DNA of 64,000 bases from Candidatus Goldiibacteriota bacterium (GTDB lineage Bacteria > Oederibacteriota > PGYV01 > DSYL01). The DNA lies in NCBI GenBank assembly GCA_018000835.1, contig JAGNJD010000001.1, positions 137,889-201,888 on the forward strand, written 5' to 3'. Under the pieces are notes generated by a model. It was not told the origin of the DNA, did no database searches, and was given only the letters and a program-made list of their open reading frames with translations. Both the position numbers and the translations under genes were made by a program. This document shows positions 1-9,009 of the stretch, in pieces (within the stretch, counting starts at the first letter, position 1; every line of letters starts with the position of its first letter).

Positions 1-829
1 TAAAACTTGACTTGCCATGTTTAAAAATATTTTTTTCTTCCGGCAGCAAGCTGCCTTTTTCAAAAGCCACAATTGCAGCACCAAGGGCTTCAAAATAAGG
101 AGACTCGTCTAATATGACAATGCCCGGTACGTATCTTTTAAGATGCTTCATAACCGCCCTGTTTAACGACGTTCCGCCGATGACAAGAACGTTGTCATGT
201 GGAATTACTTTTGATACAAGTTCAACTATTTTCATTGCTATCATCTCACAGAGTCCCGCCGTTACGTTTTCAATCGGCTCACCCTTATTTAAGGCATGTG
301 TGCAATCAGATTTACAAAAAACAGAACATCTACCTGATACATGGTATGGCTCACCTTTTTCACCGAGTTCAACAGCTTTCTCGAGAGGTAAATTCATCCT
401 TTTTATTTGCTGAAGAAAAAATTCACCTGTTCCGGATGCGCATTTATTGCCTGTAAAAACCCGCGATATCCTGTTTTTACCGTCCATTGCATATACCATA
501 AAAGTTTCGCCGCCGGCAGTTACTACTGCATCAAAATGCCGGCCATTTTTTACGGTAAATTCGAGTGCATATTCAACGGCCTCTGGTTCAGTAATTGAAG
601 GTAAATTTACAAATTCCCTTAATTTCCTGCCTGTTATCAGAATTTTGTTATTCCCGGGATTTAGTTCTTTTAAAACCTCAATAAACGAATTTTTTGGATT
701 GCCTTCATGCGGTTTTCTTATTGTTTTTGTAATTTTTAAAGAATCCCCTTCTTTTGTAAGTTCAACGGCGCTTATTGTAGATGCCCCGAGACAAATGCCT
801 ATGCTTCTTGTATTTTCTGTATTTTGCAT
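1..829 (-). CDS. CoA-substrate-specific enzyme activase, BadF/BadG/BcrA/BcrD-type ATPase (2-hydroxyacyl-CoA dehydratase activator-like). Partial: the C-terminus runs off the window start.
   Basis: Manual translation of the minus strand from the ATG at 829-827 gives MQNTENTRSIGICLGASTISAVELTKEG...VTAGGETFMVYAMDG...GNKCASGTGEFF...VIGGTSLNRAVMKHL. The ASKHA fold and a Cys pair are typical of HgdC/BcrD activators. The frame stays open to position 1. The + strand ORFs listed at 114-851 are antisense artefacts. Confidence 0.6.
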   Translation of the reverse strand, partial: MQNTENTRSIGICLGASTISAVELTKEGDSLKITKTIRKPHEGNPKNSFIEVLKELNPGNNKILITGRKLREFVNLPSITEPEAVEYALEFTVKNGRHFDAVVTAGGETFMVYAMDGKNRISRVFTGNKCASGTGEFFLQQIKRMNLPLEKAVELGEKGEPYHVSGRCSVFCKSDCTHALNKGEPIENVTAGLCEMIAMKIVELVSKVIPHDNVLVIGGTSLNRAVMKHLKRYVPGIVILDESPYFEALGAAIVAFEKGSLLPEEKNIFKHGKSSF

Positions 830-953
830 TATTTTATCTCCTTTTAAATAATGGTATATTTTATAAAAACAAAAACAAATATGCAAATGTTATTTTATGT
901 ATGATTTTAAATTGAATTCCTGGTCTTTTATTCCGTTATGCAGAAAATTTATT

Positions 954-2678
954 TTAATTAATCTGTTTTCTTAATCCATCAATTATGTTCAGTACTTCAT
1001 CAATTGTTTTATCCAAATCAATTAATATCGTTTTTCCGTCTCTTCTCATTTTTATCTCTGTTTTTTTATTTTTAAAATTCTTCTCTCCTATTATTATCCG
1101 GATGGGAAAGCCTATCAAATCGGAATCCTTGAATTTAACTCCGGGGGAGCAGTCCCTGTCATCAAGAATGACGTCAACGCCTTTTTCCCGCAACTCATTA
1201 TAAATTTTTTCCGCATATTCAAAACCTTCCGTATATTTTACGTTAACAGGTATTACAGAGACCTCGTAAGGCGCAATTGCAATGGGCCAGATAATACCGT
1301 TTTCGTCGTAATTTTGTTCTATTGCAGCCGCAACCATCCTGGTTACCCCTATACCATAGCACCCCATTACAAAATATTGTGATTTACCATTTTCATCAAG
1401 AAAAGTTGCATTCATTGACGTTGAATATTTTGTTCCCAGAAAAAACACGTGGCCTACTTCTATGCCTTTTTGTTCCTGCAGTTTTTTCCCGCACTTCGGA
1501 CATCCATCGCCTGCTTTTATCTTTACGACGTCAACTATTTTATCCTCCTTAAAATCCCTGCCGCGCACGACGCCGGTATAATGATAATCTTTTTCATTAC
1601 CCCCGCAGACGAGAGATTTCATACTTTCAACGGTTTTGTCAATAAGAAGCATAATTCCCTTTTCCCTCAGATTTACAGGTCCGGCAAATCCAACAGGGGC
1701 ATTGGTTGCTTTTTCTATTTCTTCCGGCGTTGCGAGGCGGATTTCCTCAGCAGACAAAACGTTTTTTAATTTTATCTCGTTTATTTCCCTGTCCCCTCTC
1801 ATCATTACCCCATACATTTTTCCGTCTGCAACATAAAGAATTGTTTTCGCGGTGTCTTCCGGTTTCAATTTTAAAAAAGATGCAAGTTCTTCAACGGTTC
1901 TGATGTCCGGCGTGTGAATTTTTTCCAATTTCTCTCCTGCATTTCCGCCTATTGCATCCACTGTTCCTGTTGCTTTCTCCACGTTTGCAGCATAACTGCA
2001 ATCAGGACAGTAAACTATTGTTTCTTCACCCGTGTCTGCAAGCACCATAAATTCGGCAGACGACGTCCCGCCTATTGCTCCGGTATCTGCTTCAACTGCA
2101 CGGAATTTAAAACCAATCCTTTTACATATATTGTTATACGTCTCAAACATCTTTTTATAACTTTCCTGGGCGTCATTTTCGTTTCTGTCAAACGAATATG
2201 CGTCCTTCATAATGAATTCCCTTGCACGCATTACTCCAAAACGTGGTCTTATTTCGTCCCTGAATTTTACCTGTATCTGGTAAAGATTTACGGGCAATTG
2301 TTTATATGAACTTATCTGACGCCGGACAATATCGGTTATTATTTCTTCATGCGTAGGCCCCAGTGCAAACTCGCCGTCGTTTCTGTCTTTTACTCTCATC
2401 ATTTCCTTTCCATACAATGACCATCTGCCGGTTTCCTGCCACAGTTCAGCAGGTGATAAAATAGGCATGAGTATTTCCTGTGCTCCGGATTTGTTCATTT
2501 CTTCTCTGATGATGTTTGTAACCTTACTTACCGACTTCCAACCAAGCGGCAGAAAATCATAAATGCCGGACGATAATTTTAAAATAAGGCCTGCTTTTAA
2601 CATGAGTTTATGACTTGCTGTTTCTGCTTCTTTCGGTGTTTCCCTTATGGTATTTATCAGGGCTTTGGTCCATTTCAT
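954..2678 (-). CDS. proS: Proline--tRNA ligase (bacterial type with editing domain).
   Basis: MKWTKALINTIRETPKEAETASHKLMLKAGLI... aligns residue-by-residue with the bacterial ProS N-terminus. Class II motifs (FRDE, GGTSSAEF, GCYGIGVTR) are present. The start was chosen at the internal Met that matches ProS rather than the longer ORF (2699). Confidence 0.9.
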   Translation of the reverse strand: MKWTKALINTIRETPKEAETASHKLMLKAGLILKLSSGIYDFLPLGWKSVSKVTNIIREEMNKSGAQEILMPILSPAELWQETGRWSLYGKEMMRVKDRNDGEFALGPTHEEIITDIVRRQISSYKQLPVNLYQIQVKFRDEIRPRFGVMRAREFIMKDAYSFDRNENDAQESYKKMFETYNNICKRIGFKFRAVEADTGAIGGTSSAEFMVLADTGEETIVYCPDCSYAANVEKATGTVDAIGGNAGEKLEKIHTPDIRTVEELASFLKLKPEDTAKTILYVADGKMYGVMMRGDREINEIKLKNVLSAEEIRLATPEEIEKATNAPVGFAGPVNLREKGIMLLIDKTVESMKSLVCGGNEKDYHYTGVVRGRDFKEDKIVDVVKIKAGDGCPKCGKKLQEQKGIEVGHVFFLGTKYSTSMNATFLDENGKSQYFVMGCYGIGVTRMVAAAIEQNYDENGIIWPIAIAPYEVSVIPVNVKYTEGFEYAEKIYNELREKGVDVILDDRDCSPGVKFKDSDLIGFPIRIIIGEKNFKNKKTEIKMRRDGKTILIDLDKTIDEVLNIIDGLRKQIN

Positions 2679-2733
2679 TTCATAACTCCTTTTTACCAAA
2701 TTAATGAAATATTATATATTAATAAAATAATTA

Positions 2734-4056
2734 TTAGTATCTTTTTCTTACTTTATATAATATTTCTGTCTGTTTCTGCGGTTCAACATCTATGTCAATC
2801 TGTATTGTCTGTTTATCTGTTTTTTTATAATTAAAATTACATTCGTTAATTTCCCAGTATGGAGAATCAATTTTTTCCAGAACTTTTATTTTTATTCCGA
2901 TATCCTTGAAATTCTTAAACGTTATGCCGTATTTTTCCTCCCATATATTGTTTGCAATTTTTTCGGAAAAAAGATGCTTCCTTTCTGCTTTTACGTCAAA
3001 AACCCTGCCTGTTTTTAATTCTATTTTTTCTTTTTCCGGGGTATCTTTTACCATATCTTTCCCGATAAAATGCAGAACGCCGTTCTTTTCAATGAACAGG
3101 GATGCTTCACCACCGGGCAATGGAAGTCCAAGATTATTTTCCTTAATATTATCAATCGTAAATTTGGCATTAACGCCTTCGTTATCAACTGCAGAATCAT
3201 AAACGTATTCTTTTAAAAAATTCAAATTATTATTTTTTAAAATATAGGTAGTTATATTTTGTCTCGCACCGATGTCATAAATCCCTTTTATGTCGTACTC
3301 ATAAAAATCAGAAAGTTTTTGCTGCTGAACGTTTTCTGTTTCGTCCGACTGAGCCTTTGCGGCTTTTAACGAGTATCTGTTATAAATGGGCCGGACGACG
3401 TCGGTTTTAACGTCCCCTGCTACGACATAAATTTTACTGTTTTTATAACTTTTATTTCCGTTATTTTGTACGTTTATGTTCAAATCCATTTTTAACGTGT
3501 TTTTATCTTCATTAAAAATAAAATTATAATTGGAAAACCACGATAATGAATTTGTAAAATAATTTAAATTAATTATATTTTCCTTTCGTTCCTTTGATTC
3601 AAACTGGATAATCAGATTGCCGGGCGTTAATGAGATAAAATCATCCGAAGGATATTCAATGTATGAGATTTTTGTCCTGTTTATTTTATAAATCATATTG
3701 TTTGTTTTTAATACAAGGTCATCAAGACTGGATAAAACTTCGCCTTCTATGACTCTGGCTTCCATGTATACCCTGACTTTTTTCCCGGTTATTTCTTCAG
3801 AAACGTAATTTTCAACGAATTTATAGGATAGATTCTTAATGTCATTTTTTTCCGACGTTATAAAAATCGTATTTTTTAAAATACCACTATCGTTATTGAA
3901 AAAATAAAATATATTGTCTCCCTTTTTAGTTTCAACTTTTTTCTTCTCGGTAATGAACCCCTGGTTTTTATAAATAACGACAATATTTTCCGGTTCACCG
4001 GAATACAACATGGAAAAGAACAAAAACAGGACCAATATATAATTAAATTTTTTCAT
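2734..4056 (-). CDS. Secreted hypothetical protein, possibly DUF4139-like.
   Basis: N-terminal signal peptide (MKKFNYILVLFLFFSMLYSG); no catalytic motifs recognised. It overlaps the upstream anti-sigma gene by 4 bp, which suggests an operon. Confidence 0.45.
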   Translation of the reverse strand: MKKFNYILVLFLFFSMLYSGEPENIVVIYKNQGFITEKKKVETKKGDNIFYFFNNDSGILKNTIFITSEKNDIKNLSYKFVENYVSEEITGKKVRVYMEARVIEGEVLSSLDDLVLKTNNMIYKINRTKISYIEYPSDDFISLTPGNLIIQFESKERKENIINLNYFTNSLSWFSNYNFIFNEDKNTLKMDLNINVQNNGNKSYKNSKIYVVAGDVKTDVVRPIYNRYSLKAAKAQSDETENVQQQKLSDFYEYDIKGIYDIGARQNITTYILKNNNLNFLKEYVYDSAVDNEGVNAKFTIDNIKENNLGLPLPGGEASLFIEKNGVLHFIGKDMVKDTPEKEKIELKTGRVFDVKAERKHLFSEKIANNIWEEKYGITFKNFKDIGIKIKVLEKIDSPYWEINECNFNYKKTDKQTIQIDIDVEPQKQTEILYKVRKRY

Positions 4057-4517
4057 TTTTCCTTTCTCCCTTTTAGCATGATGGTAAATAAAACGATAAA
4101 ACCAAATAGAATCAAAAAAGGAACCAGTAAATTTTTTCCACCATGCATATATTTAAACAGGACCACAAGAGAAATCAAAACGATAAGAATCTCAACTATC
4201 AGGCGGGCCTTTGTGCTGGACCATATTTTTCCCATTGAATGTAATTTACGTGCAGCAGGGGGCAAAGACGCCTCCCTCTGTGATTGTTTTACCCTGTATT
4301 TTATTCTGTCCCTTAAATCCTGTGGTAAATTATCCTGCATGTCAGAAATTTCTTTTTGTTTATTAATTACTTCCTGCCATAAATAAAGTTCGCGCTTACA
4401 AACTGCACAGTTTTTTATGTGCTCCTCTAATTCTTTTTTCTCGTCCGGATTAATTATGTTTCCTTTTACGTAATCCTTTAATTTTTTCCTTGCAATCTGG
4501 CATTCCATTTTATTCAA
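4053..4517 (-). CDS. Membrane-anchored zinc-finger (zf-HC2-like) anti-sigma factor.
   Basis: Has an N-terminal H-x3-C-x2-C motif (HIKNCAVCKRELYLWQ). The C-terminal segment is strongly hydrophobic, a single TM (IVEILIVLISLVVLF...LILFGFIVLFTIML). Size is 154 aa. Confidence 0.5.
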   Translation of the reverse strand: MNKMECQIARKKLKDYVKGNIINPDEKKELEEHIKNCAVCKRELYLWQEVINKQKEISDMQDNLPQDLRDRIKYRVKQSQREASLPPAARKLHSMGKIWSSTKARLIVEILIVLISLVVLFKYMHGGKNLLVPFLILFGFIVLFTIMLKGRKEK

Positions 4518-4863
4518 GACCTTCCATCAGGATTATCATTTTTTTTACGGTTTTCTTGTTTACGTTGTATCGTCTTATATACGACCTGTCTTTTTCTATT
4601 CTATGCACAAAGTCCTTTATAAATTTTTTTGGAGGATTAAATCTGTTTATGTAATAAATAAATTCGGGCATATTTTTATAAACAAAATTTAAAGGTAACT
4701 GCCTGTTAAAATAATCGCCTTCTCCTTTTGCATTGCATGGGAAAGCATCGTGCACGATCTGAATATTTTCAATAATTTTATTTGATTTTTCAAAATGCCA
4801 TCTTACGATTGCATTCTGAGCCTGTATTTTACGGTTACAGACGTCACATTCAAAAGGTTTCAT
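4510..4863 (-). CDS. Small Cys-containing hypothetical protein.
   Basis: 117 aa with CDVC near the N-terminus. The C-terminal region (NVNKKTVKKMI) loosely resembles a sigma region-4 HTH but is far too short for an ECF sigma. Overlaps the anti-sigma gene start. Confidence 0.35.
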   Translation of the reverse strand: MKPFECDVCNRKIQAQNAIVRWHFEKSNKIIENIQIVHDAFPCNAKGEGDYFNRQLPLNFVYKNMPEFIYYINRFNPPKKFIKDFVHRIEKDRSYIRRYNVNKKTVKKMIILMEGLE

Positions 4864-4864
4864 T

Positions 4865-6115
4865 TTAAAGCATTTTTATTTTGCTTAAAATTTCCCTGAC
4901 TCTTATTGCCTCAACTGATTTGCCTGTTTTTTCGTAAATTTTATAAAGTTTTTCATATTCTTCTATAAGAAAGTTTTTCATGTTTTTCTTTGTATAAATC
5001 TCTATTAGATTTTCGTGTAAGATAACGTTTTCCGCATCGACGTTTAAAACTTTGTTTGACATGGCTATGGCTTCATCCAGCATATTCTGGGATTTAAGCA
5101 GCAAAAATGCCTTTAAATAATATTCTGCGGCTTTTTTGTATTCTGCCATTTTCAAAAAAACATCTCCTATTTGTTCCAGAAGTTCTTCGTTTTCATTTAT
5201 TACGTTTGCTTCCAGGGATAAAAGCATTGATTTTGATTTTTGATATTCCCCGGTTTTAAAATAAATTTTCCCAAGCAGTACTTTCTCTTCCTGCGTAAGT
5301 TCATTTTGTGATTCAAGAAGTTTTTTTGCTTCGTCAATCTTATTGTCTTTAAAAAGAAAATAAGCGTAAAATTGTTTCCCGTAGGAAATTGACAATTCCA
5401 TTGCTCTTTTTGCAATCTGTATGCCCGTCTGAATTGAGTTTTCCTCTGCAAGGGTAATAAAAATGTCTTTAAATGTTTCTTCTGCTTTTTCTTTTTCGCC
5501 GTTTTTTATCATCTCTTCTGCAAGCATTGCAAGTGCATCGGCGTTTGTTTTGTCAAGATTGATTATTTTTTTTGCTATATCAATTGCTTCGTTTATTCTG
5601 TTCATTTCCTTATATAGCCTTAACGCCTTTTCATACGCTTCTATTGCATCGCCAATAAGCATTTGTTTTTCACATGCCTCACCAAGGCAGAGTAAAACGT
5701 CAATGTTTTTACCGTCCAGTTTATCCGCCTCTTTAAGCGCTGGTATTGCCCTCGAAAAATCACCTTTATTGAATAAATCCTGGGCTTCAATAATTTTCGT
5801 AAATTTCTCGTGTAATGCTTTTCCTTCAAGGTCAAATTTTCTTGGATTTAATTTTGCTATCTTTTTATACAAAAAACCTATTTTTGAATAATTTTCTTTT
5901 TGCTGATAATCCTTTAATACGACAAGATAATGCTCAAAAGCTTTTCTATCCTGGTCAATTCTGGCATAAGCATCACCTATGGAATTATGGAGGGAAACGT
6001 CATCAGGGTCCATTTGCAGTAATTTTTCATATTCTGCTATTACTTTATCCCATTGCCCTGACTGGGCATATCTCGTTACTGTTTTTAATATGTCTTTCTT
6101 ATTTTCAATTGTCAT
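4865..6115 (-). CDS. Tetratricopeptide (TPR) repeat protein.
   Basis: Repeated 34-aa units with the W/LG/Y..A..Y..A pattern run throughout the 416-aa product. Confidence 0.7.
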   Translation of the reverse strand: MTIENKKDILKTVTRYAQSGQWDKVIAEYEKLLQMDPDDVSLHNSIGDAYARIDQDRKAFEHYLVVLKDYQQKENYSKIGFLYKKIAKLNPRKFDLEGKALHEKFTKIIEAQDLFNKGDFSRAIPALKEADKLDGKNIDVLLCLGEACEKQMLIGDAIEAYEKALRLYKEMNRINEAIDIAKKIINLDKTNADALAMLAEEMIKNGEKEKAEETFKDIFITLAEENSIQTGIQIAKRAMELSISYGKQFYAYFLFKDNKIDEAKKLLESQNELTQEEKVLLGKIYFKTGEYQKSKSMLLSLEANVINENEELLEQIGDVFLKMAEYKKAAEYYLKAFLLLKSQNMLDEAIAMSNKVLNVDAENVILHENLIEIYTKKNMKNFLIEEYEKLYKIYEKTGKSVEAIRVREILSKIKML

Positions 6116-6137
6116 AGTTTTTATATTTTACCATAAA

Positions 6138-7424
6138 TTATATATTTTTTTTATTTAAAATTTCAATAAAAAGTTCGGTAATTTCCGGGTCAAACTGTTT
6201 TCCTTTATTTGCCCGTAATTCATAAATCGCTTCTTCCATGGATAATGCGTCTTTAAATTCTCTTTTCGTCGTCATTGCATCAAAGGCATCAGTTATTGCC
6301 AGAATTTTTGCCTCAAGACTTATCTGATTTCCTCTTAACCCCTGTGGATAACCAAGTCCATCATATCTTTCGTGATGTTGCAAAATAATCGGGATAACAT
6401 CCTGAAGTTGTTTGATGTTTTTTAGAATTTTTATGCTGTTTTCCGGATGTTTCTGGATTTTTATGAGTTCGTCAGGCGTCAGGACATCCTTTTTTGACAA
6501 AATGTCTTTTTCTATCCCAACGTTACCCAGATCTTTTAAAATTGATGCGATTCTTAAATTTTCTATCTGCTGGGGTTTTAAATTTAATTTTTTCGCTATT
6601 TCAACGGAATACTGGGAGACCCTTTTGGCGTGGCCCGGTGCATATTTATCCGTCAAATCAAGCGTAATCATAAAGGCATTTAAAATACCTTCGTAATAAT
6701 CGTCCAGTTTATCGGTCATATCGTTAAAACTATTTGCAAGAATACGAAATTCATTTTTAACGTTTACTTTTATTTTATGTTTTAAGTTACCTGAGGATAT
6801 TATTTCCGTCCCTTTTATTAATTCAAATAACGGAGAAGTAATTTTGTTGGTAATAATAAATATTAATAAAGTAGCAAAAAATATCAAAACAATTGCAATT
6901 ATCCCGCTTTTTACGTAAATGCTTATTATTTCATTTTCAATTTTTGACTTATCAAACCCGAGATGAATGTGACCTAAAACAATTTTTTCATTTTTTAATT
7001 GAATTTCTATCGGAGTAACGATGTTTTTTACGTATGTTTCCGTCCCGTCTCTTTTGAAATAAACATTATCGTTATTATTTATAATTTCAGGAAACATTGT
7101 TTTCAGATTTTTACCAAGGTCTGCAGTGTTATTGCTTGAAAAAATTATATACTCTTTATCGGTAATAAATAAATATGCAATTTCCGGTGTCTCCATTACT
7201 TTTTTTATATATATGGAAAGGGAAATCTGGTCTTTACCGAGAATTGATTCCGCAGAAACGCCAAGAAGATATTTGTTTATCAGATTGGATTTTTCTTCTA
7301 AATTATTTAACAAAAGTTTTTTTGTATCGTTAACAATTAAAAACGTAGTAGAGGAAACGGTTACTATGACTATCAGTATTACGCTAATGATAAACTGGGT
7401 TTTTATCTTCAAAATCCCCTCCAA
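6138..7424 (-). CDS. HD-GYP domain protein (putative c-di-GMP phosphodiesterase) with N-terminal TM/periplasmic sensor and HAMP.
   Basis: Contains HHERYDGLGYPQGL (the HD-GYP signature) and an HD motif (HAKRVSQYSVEIA). Has two TM segments flanking a ~150-aa extracytoplasmic region and a HAMP-like linker. Confidence 0.8.
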   Translation of the reverse strand: MEGILKIKTQFIISVILIVIVTVSSTTFLIVNDTKKLLLNNLEEKSNLINKYLLGVSAESILGKDQISLSIYIKKVMETPEIAYLFITDKEYIIFSSNNTADLGKNLKTMFPEIINNNDNVYFKRDGTETYVKNIVTPIEIQLKNEKIVLGHIHLGFDKSKIENEIISIYVKSGIIAIVLIFFATLLIFIITNKITSPLFELIKGTEIISSGNLKHKIKVNVKNEFRILANSFNDMTDKLDDYYEGILNAFMITLDLTDKYAPGHAKRVSQYSVEIAKKLNLKPQQIENLRIASILKDLGNVGIEKDILSKKDVLTPDELIKIQKHPENSIKILKNIKQLQDVIPIILQHHERYDGLGYPQGLRGNQISLEAKILAITDAFDAMTTKREFKDALSMEEAIYELRANKGKQFDPEITELFIEILNKKNI

Positions 7425-7484
7425 CTATCTATAAAATTTTTCATAGTTTATCACAACCAATCCCTTTGTCAATACAATATGGGC

Positions 7485-7592
7485 GTGGAGTTTTCCCGTT
7501 TTTTTGTCTTTGTAGCCGCAGGCTTTATGCCTGCGTAAGCATCTGTTTTTTTTCTGATATTTATTATATTTTTAAAAACGGGAAAACTCCAC
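7485..7592. mobile_element. MITE-like 108-bp element with perfect 19-bp terminal inverted repeats (GTGGAGTTTTCCCGTTTTT / AAAAACGGGAAAACTCCAC).
   Basis: TIR copies lie at 7485-7503 and 7574-7592, with an internal GCAGGC/GCCTGC palindrome between them. This forms the left boundary of the larger TIR-bounded insertion. Confidence 0.5.
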
Positions 7593-7668
7593 TAAATATC
7601 ATATTGACATTTAATTTATATTGCGATTTGATAAAATTTGTCATACAAAGACATACTTGGGGTGACAA

Positions 7669-7857
7669 GTGAAAAACAGGGATAAAAGATTAAGCGTTAG
7701 AACAACAAAGAAAGTAGAAGAGTTGCTTAAAAGTACTTTAAAAAGAAAAGAATACAAATTCTACTCTAAATCCGATATAATCAACCTCGTTTTAGAAGAC
7801 ACCCTTCCAGGATATGCGGAAGGTAAGACAACCGCAGGTAAGAACAATGACAGATAA
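7669..7857 (+). CDS. Ribbon-helix-helix (Arc/MetJ/CopG-like) DNA-binding protein, candidate regulator of the adjacent R-M module.
   Basis: Has a beta-strand-like KRLSVRTTKK followed by two predicted helices (EELLKSTLKRKEY / KSDIINLVLED). Uses a GTG start with a GGGGTG SD-like sequence upstream. 62 aa. Confidence 0.45.
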   Translation: MKNRDKRLSVRTTKKVEELLKSTLKRKEYKFYSKSDIINLVLEDTLPGYAEGKTTAGKNNDR

Positions 7858-7881
7858 ATTTAATATGCTGGTTATTATACT

Positions 7882-9006
7882 ATGAAACCTTTAATTAAAT
7901 GGGCTGGTGGGAAATCAAGCGAAATTATACACGTAGAAGAAATGATACCTGAATTTAAGAAGTATATAGAACCATTTTTTGGTGGTGGTGCTCTATATTT
8001 TGATTTGGAACCTGACAACGCAGTAATTAACGATATCTCTGACGAACTAATTAGTTTTTATAAAATGATTAAGGACAGTTCTTTAAGGGAAGCGTTCAAA
8101 GAAGAATTGTATAAGTATGTTGAGGCGTGGGAAAAAATAGACGTGTATCTGGAAGAGTTTGGAGACGCAATACTTCAACAATATACAAAATACAAGAAAG
8201 ACGACATTGACATTGACGAACTTGAAAAAGCAATAGGTAAATTGTTTAAGAATAAAATCGTTCCTTTCAATGGACTGTTTAAGAAGGATTTTTGCATAGA
8301 CCAGTCCAGTTTACTTGAAAAAATGGAAACTAATTTAATTTCTAAATTGGAACGAACAAAGGAAAAAGTTAATAAGAAGAATAGTTTCTCGGACTCGGAA
8401 ATATCTAAAAATATTGAGTCGGCATTACGTAGTGGTTTATATATGCACTTCCGCAGTATCTTTAATGAAGCCAAAAAGAAAACAATTAGTATCATAAATG
8501 CAAAGAAAATTGCTAATTGGTATTTTATCAGAGAGTTCTGCTATGGCGGTATGTTCAGATTTAATAGTAAAGGCGAATTCAATGTCCCTTATGGTGGTAT
8601 AGCATATAACAAAAAGGATTTACGTTCAAAAGTTGATTATTTGTTCTCTGACGAAATTAAAAACCTTTTATCAAACTCTAAAATATATAGCAAAGATTTT
8701 GAAACGCTTTTTAAGGATATAAATCCTACAAAGAATGATTTTATATTCCTTGACCCACCTTACGACTCTGAATTCAGTGAATATGAAGAAAATGCTTTTA
8801 CAAAATATGACCAAGAACGTTTGGCGAAGTTATTATATACGTGTAAGGCACAGTGGATTCTTGTTATCAAGGAAACTCCATTTATCAAAGGTCTATATAC
8901 TGGACACAAAGGTATAAAAATAAAAAAGTTTAGTAAATCATATCTTTTTAATATCAAAGAAAGAAACGAAAGAAAAGTTCTACACTTGATAATTCATAAT
9001 CTATGA
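7882..9006 (+). CDS. Dam-family (D12 class, alpha-type) N6-adenine DNA methyltransferase.
   Basis: N-terminus KWAGGKSSEI...EPFFGGGALYF matches Dam motif X/I (KWAGGK, F-G-G). DPPY motif IV is present (FLDPPYDSEF). A ~120-aa insertion lies between them, probably the target-recognition domain. Confidence 0.85.
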   Translation: MKPLIKWAGGKSSEIIHVEEMIPEFKKYIEPFFGGGALYFDLEPDNAVINDISDELISFYKMIKDSSLREAFKEELYKYVEAWEKIDVYLEEFGDAILQQYTKYKKDDIDIDELEKAIGKLFKNKIVPFNGLFKKDFCIDQSSLLEKMETNLISKLERTKEKVNKKNSFSDSEISKNIESALRSGLYMHFRSIFNEAKKKTISIINAKKIANWYFIREFCYGGMFRFNSKGEFNVPYGGIAYNKKDLRSKVDYLFSDEIKNLLSNSKIYSKDFETLFKDINPTKNDFIFLDPPYDSEFSEYEENAFTKYDQERLAKLLYTCKAQWILVIKETPFIKGLYTGHKGIKIKKFSKSYLFNIKERNERKVLHLIIHNL

Positions 9007-9009
9007 GTA

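Noticed and set aside
114-851. Four overlapping + strand ORFs (99, 85, 63 and 134 aa).
   Set aside because: They are antisense to a convincing minus-strand BadF/BcrAD-type activase gene, and their translations are low-complexity with no motifs.
5200-5451. 83-aa minus-strand ORF nested in the TPR gene.
   Set aside because: Alternative frame of a confidently called TPR protein gene, with basic, low-complexity composition.
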